Source of the DNA: Nemertoderma westbladi
Lineage: Eukaryota; Animalia; Xenacoelomorpha
Direction of reading: 5' to 3'
Length of the DNA: 64,000 bases
NCBI GenBank assembly: GCA_032718475.1
Contig: JAUCBJ010007366.1
Location: 1-64,000 of the forward strand
Below are positions 59,021 through 64,000 of this stretch, piece after piece. Position 1 is the stretch's first letter, and each line of letters begins with the position of its first letter. The notes below the pieces were generated by a model. The model ran no database searches and was not told where the DNA came from. It worked only from the letters and a program-made list of their open reading frames with translations. Position numbers and translations under genes: made by a program.

Positions 59021-59282
59021 TGTAGTAGTCTTAGTAGTATGTAATTGTAGAAATAATGCATAAAATAATTCATAGCCTCATGTGACGGGGTACTCGCGCC
59101 CCAGGGAAACATAAGGGGCGTCCTTACAGAGTAGTCATCTGCTGGGTACTCAGTACGCACACGCGTTCAGTTTGCTCTTATCCGGGGTGCCCCCCATTTC
59201 GTTCGCGCGTTGCGTATTAAATGGATGGGCCCGGGGTGGAAGATGGTACTGGCTGCCGCTCTAGGCCAGTAGTAGGCTAATT

Positions 59283-59500
59283 GGTTATCGTTCATATGCG
59301 TACCGACCTGACCGATGGTGTTACAGTGGTGGTGTTTTCTAACCAAAACAATAAACTAATCTCCATTACTTAATTAACGGAAAGGAGCAGGTTACAGTGG
59401 TGGGCTTTTCTAACCAAAACAATAAACATTATCTCAATAACATAGGGTATTTCATACTTATATCATATCGGTCAGGTCGGTACGGATATGAACTATAACT
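59283..59500. mobile_element. MITE
   Basis: GTTCATATGCGTACCGACCTGACCGAT mirrors ATCGGTCAGGTCGGTACGGATATGAAC. Confidence 0.65.
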
Positions 59501-59559
59501 GGCTAATTAAAGGTCGTACGTGACATCCTGACTAACAGGGGCTTGTTATATATATATAT

Positions 59560-59714
59560 ATATAAAAAATAAATAAACAGGTAAGCAATAGAGTCTTACA
59601 GCCCACAAAACAATAAAAAAACGTTTAATCAGGACATTACGCCCAAAATAGTACTCGGCCCTCGGGCCATCGACAAACCCCTCTCTTGCTTACCTGTTTA
59701 TTTATTTTTTATAT
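59560..59714. mobile_element. MITE within a (TA)n run
   Basis: ATAAAAAATAAATAAACAGGTAAGCAA mirrors TTGCTTACCTGTTTATTTATTTTTTAT. Confidence 0.65.
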
Positions 59715-60338
59715 AGTAGTAGGCTAGGCAGACAACATGTTTCCTGCTTCGGTTTATAAATTTCCCTCCATGCCACCAAAATTAAAAGTATTTAATCAAC
59801 TGGTAGTGGGTAAACTTACTGTTATAGTTCCAATTATAGTATATAGCAGTAAAACTATTGTTCCATGTCAAATGTTTGTATTCGAATCTTTAAAAAATTA
59901 TTGTATTGCGTAAGTTCATGTCTAGCCATTAAATTTGGTAGTTTTGCAAGTCGTAGTATAGTAGTTCTGTACCAGTCGCATACATAAAATGCGTCCTAAA
60001 CATCAGCTCGAGACAACACATGACAGCTTTATGGTCCAATACCACCTCTATCAACCACCCTCCGTGAACGCAGATTAAGATTCAGTAGACACTGCTGAGG
60101 TAGTAAAGACGAGGTAATACCAGGTCTAGTTTTCTGGCAACCAACACAAGGAAAGCGTAGCCGTGGACGATCGGCTATAACATATATACAACCTTGGAAG
60201 ATATACTGGACTTGGACTTGAGAGAAACAAAATGGCGTAGTTTAGTAGTAGTCGTCCGTGAATTTCACGCTCAATATGCAAAATATTGTTCTATTGCTAT
60301 TCTCTTAAATTACACTATATAATTATATTATTATTTAG

Positions 60339-60552
60339 TCTCTCACAGCATCAATGAGGAATTCTTAATGGAAGTTCTGTACCCCGAGGAAGTGGCATAC
60401 ATCTACAGACTGAGGCCATCTAGGAGTTTCGGTGGATATTTTAATTCTACTCTGGAGGGAGTAGAACTTATACCGGTTGAACCGGCTCACGGCTGCAGCT
60501 CATATATTAACAATGTTGACGTTAATGGACATGTGGCGCTTATAGACAGAGG
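60339..60552 (+). CDS. PRADC1: PRADC1 exon (PA domain, N-terminal part)
   Basis: TTATTTAG acceptor; ...YIYRLRPSRSFGGYFNSTLEGVELIPVEPAHGCSSYINNVDVNGHVALIDRG; GG|GTGAGT donor. Confidence 0.9.
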
Positions 60553-61346
60553 GTGAGTGGACATGTGGCGCTTATAGACAGGGTGAGTGGACATGTGGCG
60601 CTTATAGACAGAGGATGAATAGACATTGGCGCTTCTAGACAGAGGGTGAGTGGACATGTGGCGCTTATAGACAGAGGGTGAGTGGACATGTGGCGCTTAT
60701 ACACAGAGGGTGAGTGGACATGTGGCGCTTATGGACAGAGGGTGAGTGGGCATGTGGTGCTTATAGACAGAGGGTGAGTGGACATGTGGCGCTTATAGAC
60801 AGAGGGTGAGTGGACATTGGCGCTTTATATTGACAGAGGGTGAGTGGACAGGGCATGTGGCGCTTATAGACAGATGGTGAGTGGACATGTGGCGCTTAAA
60901 GACATAGGGTGAGTGGACATGTGGCGCTTATAGACAGAGGGTGAGTGGACATGTGGCGCTTATAGACAGAGGGTGAGTGGGCATATGGCGCTTATAGACA
61001 GAGGGTGAGTGGATTGGTGGCGCTTATAGGCAGAGGGGGAATGGACATGTGGCGCTTATAGACAGGGTAAGTGGACATGTGGCGCTTATACACAGAGGGT
61101 GAGTGGACATATGGCGCTTATACAGAGGGTGAGTGGACATGGCGCTTATAGGCAGAGGGTGGATGGACATGTGGCGCTTATAGACAGAGGGTGAATGGAC
61201 ATGTGGCGCTTATAGACAGAGGGTGAGTGGACTGGTGGAGCTTATAGATAGAGGGTGAGTGGACTGGTGGCGCTTATAGACATGAGGGTGAGTGGACTGG
61301 TGGTGGCGCTTATAGTTAGAGGGTGAGTGGACTGGTGGCGCTTATA
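60526..61346 (+). repeat. ~32-bp minisatellite (~26 copies) made of the exon 3' end plus the splice donor
   Basis: Unit GGACATGTGGCGCTTATAGACAGAGG|GTGAGT; the first copy is the real exon end. Confidence 0.95.
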
Positions 61347-61585
61347 TACATACAGAGGAGCGAATTAGTTCAGTAGCTGTGTACTACAGGTTATAAAACA
61401 TGAATAAGCGCTATAAAACACTTAATAAGGAAAAATTAAAAAATACAAATTCTTTATAAAATTCCAATAAAATTTTGACTGAAAATTAAAAACTTGGTAT
61501 TTTCACATCGGTGGTATTTCCAATTTCTTTATTATTTAATTTCAAGTAGGCCTAATCCAATATCCAAATTAACCATTTTTTGCAG

Positions 61586-61753
61586 TGAGTGCTCGTTTCT
61601 CAGTAAAGCAATGATAGCAGAGCGCAGTGGTGCCGTGGCGGCGATTATTTGCGATAACAACGTCAATAACGATAGAACAATGATTGATATGGTTGAAGAT
61701 GGTACAGAAAGACACACCAACATACCGGCTCTATTCCTATTGGGGAAAGATGG
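61586..61753 (+). CDS. PRADC1: PRADC1 exon (PA domain, C-terminal part); final exon not seen in the window
   Basis: TTTTTTGCAG acceptor; (RG)ECSFLSKAMIAERSGAVAAIICDNNVNNDRTMIDMVEDGTERHTNIPALFLLGKDG matches PRADC1. Confidence 0.92.
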
Positions 61754-63189
61754 GTTAGTTCAAACATTGGGATATGTAGGGAGGGATACACGTCTTTTTA
61801 ATCAGGGTACATGCTTAGAATTCATCATGGCGGTAATAAAACCTCGGACTCTCCTCGGTTATTTTATTCGACAGCTTTTTTAAATATCTTTTAAGATGTA
61901 CAATTTTATGGTGATTCTGAAGCTGAAAGCAGTTTTTCAATATGTTGTTTCGTTCACGAGTTATGGCAACATTTGTAATTTTCACTCAAAATTTGTAATT
62001 TTGACCACATTATTGACACCGAAATAAACCATCAAACACCCAACAATTTCAAAGTATTTTGCTATTTTCGGAATCAGCGCCGAAAATTACCCAATTAGAT
62101 ATTAAAACAATAAAGTAAGTTGATCATATTTGAAAAAACTGGAAAGGTTTTTACTTTTGGTTAATGTTTGGTCTGTTTTAATAAAAGGGAAAGTTTAAAT
62201 GTCATTTTTGTCGCTTTGCCTTTTTTGGACACTTTCTCTATCCACTTTTTATCCACTCAACCGATTTTCGTTCTGTTTGCAGAATTATGTAGATAAATAT
62301 TGCGCTAAAAAATTGTGGTGAAAGAATTTTGAAATTTTGTTTAAAAAAAAAAATATTTTTTGTGTAAAATTTTCGAATTTGTTCGATTTTTTGGTACTTT
62401 TGATACGTCAAAAAAAATGCCATAACTATTTTTCACCAAAATTCAAAATTCTTTGCGCGCAATGTTTATCTACATAATTCTGCAAACAAAACGAAACTCG
62501 GGTGAGTAGTTGAAACGTATACGGATAAAGTGTCCCATAAAAAAGCAACGCTAGAAAATGTTAATACTAAATACTGCTATATTATACCACAACGCTTATT
62601 TATTACCAACAAACACTTTCACGCAATACAATCCAGAATATGTGACCCAACACATAGAAAGGGGTCAATTGACAAAAAAATGGTTTTTAACTTTTTGTTG
62701 GTTTAATATAGATAATTTAACGGAGAATTTCCCATTGAAAACCATTTGTTAATATCTCTTTTCGTTTTTGAGTTATTGTAGATTTAGTAAGACAAGGTTC
62801 TGAGATAATTTCATAGCAACATTCTGAGAAAATTCGATTTAAAATTTTCAAACCTTCCCGCCATTTTCAGAAACCGCTGTGATTTTTCAAACATCATTTG
62901 AACATTTCTGAATGGAATGGATTGGGTATTCAATAACATCAACATAATTATAGCATTGGAAGTTTCCATGGACAGTTATTTAATATATTTTGTCAGTTTT
63001 AAGGTTTGACAGATTATTTACATGTATGTTTGTCTGTCTGTATGCATACCCTTATCTTATTTTGTCTATGAAATAATAAAGAAATTGCAATTACCTAGTC
63101 AAAATATTTGCTACCAGGGGATTTCTTGGTCGGTAATCTTTTTATGGTGTCAATTTTAATGTTTGTCAGAATCTACACGGTCAGTATGT

Positions 63190-64000
63190 TTGTATGTCAT
63201 TCTGTTTGTCTGTCTGTATGTATGTATGTCTGACTTACAGACATACATATAAACAGACAGTAAAGATGATGGTAAACGTAAAAACTGATATCGGAAATGT
63301 CTTCGCCGACATATAAAACCCCCATAGCCATATTTTGGTTAGGGTTAAATACTATTCTTAATTTTTTGACGGACATACATACAGACAAACAGACTGACTG
63401 ACTTACAGACCTACATAGAGACAGACAGTCAAGATTTCGTAAACATGAAAAACTGACATCGAAAATGGATTCACTGACCTGGAAAACCCCCCAGAGCCAT
63501 ATTTTTGTAAAGTTACATTATTTTTTCAATTTTTTAACTGACATACATACAGTTAAATAGTCTGACAGACAGACAAACAGACATACACAGAAACATACAG
63601 TTAAGATGATGTTAAACGTAAAAACTGATATCGGAAATGAATTCGCCGACCTAGAAAACCCCCATAACCATATTTTAGTAAGGTTAAATGATTTTCTTAA
63701 TTTTTTGACGGACATACATACAGACAAACAGACTGACTGACATACAGACATACATAGAGACAGACAGTCAAGATATCGTAAACATGAAAAACTGGCATCG
63801 AAAATGGATTCACCGACCTGGAAAACCCCCCAGAGCCATATTTTTGTAAAGTTAAATTATTTTTTCAATTTTTTCACTCACATACATACAGACAAACAGA
63901 CTGACAGACAAATAGACAGACATACATAGAAAAAGACAATTAAGATGCTCTCAAACGTAAAAACTGATATCGGAAATGAGTTCGCCAACCTAGAAAACCC
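63190..64000 (+). repeat. Complex tandem repeat (~339-bp period, two related ~170-bp subunits) with ACAG/ACAT microsatellites
   Basis: GGACATACATACAGACAAACAGACTGACTGAC at 63371 and 63710; recurring AAAACTGATATCGGAAATG. Confidence 0.8.

Noticed and set aside
59080-59275. Possible ribozyme or ncRNA in a GC-rich patch
   Set aside because: Only a short hairpin (TACTGGC...GCCAGTA) is visible; I could not fit a hammerhead or HDV core.
60344-60348. CACAG as the PRADC1 exon acceptor
   Set aside because: It is out of frame with the phase-1 upstream exon, whereas the AG at 60337-60338 keeps the frame.

Overview
This is AT-rich, intron-containing invertebrate animal DNA with two host genes on the + strand. 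The first is a complete five-exon CHMP4/Snf7 (ESCRT-III) gene (12811-28332), whose introns 3 and 4 are mostly filled by three unrelated 33-34 bp minisatellite arrays. The second is PRADC1, of which three coding exons fall in the window (57935-61753), with another 32-bp array at a splice donor. The dominant feature is an 18-kb BEL/Pao LTR retrotransposon (36356-54330) with near-identical ~1.26 kb LTRs and a 5-bp TSD (AATAG). After its integrase it carries two intact extra ORFs joined by an ATGA stop-start overlap. The second ORF encodes a WRN/EXD2/Mut-7-like DEDDy 3'-5' exonuclease domain plus CCHC zinc knuckles, which is not normal LTR-retrotransposon cargo and is the best candidate for an undescribed system. 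The element also lacks a tRNA-type PBS and instead has an 11-nt sequence complementary to its own LTR, suggesting possible self-priming. The rest of the window is a mosaic of a related solo LTR, TIR/foldback DNA elements (TA-flanked and hAT-type, with Mutator-like and vertnin/OTU fragments), a Deu/Nin-type SINE and decayed RTE, L2/CR1 and CRE-like LINE fragments. All family assignments were made by eye from recalled motifs, not from database searches.
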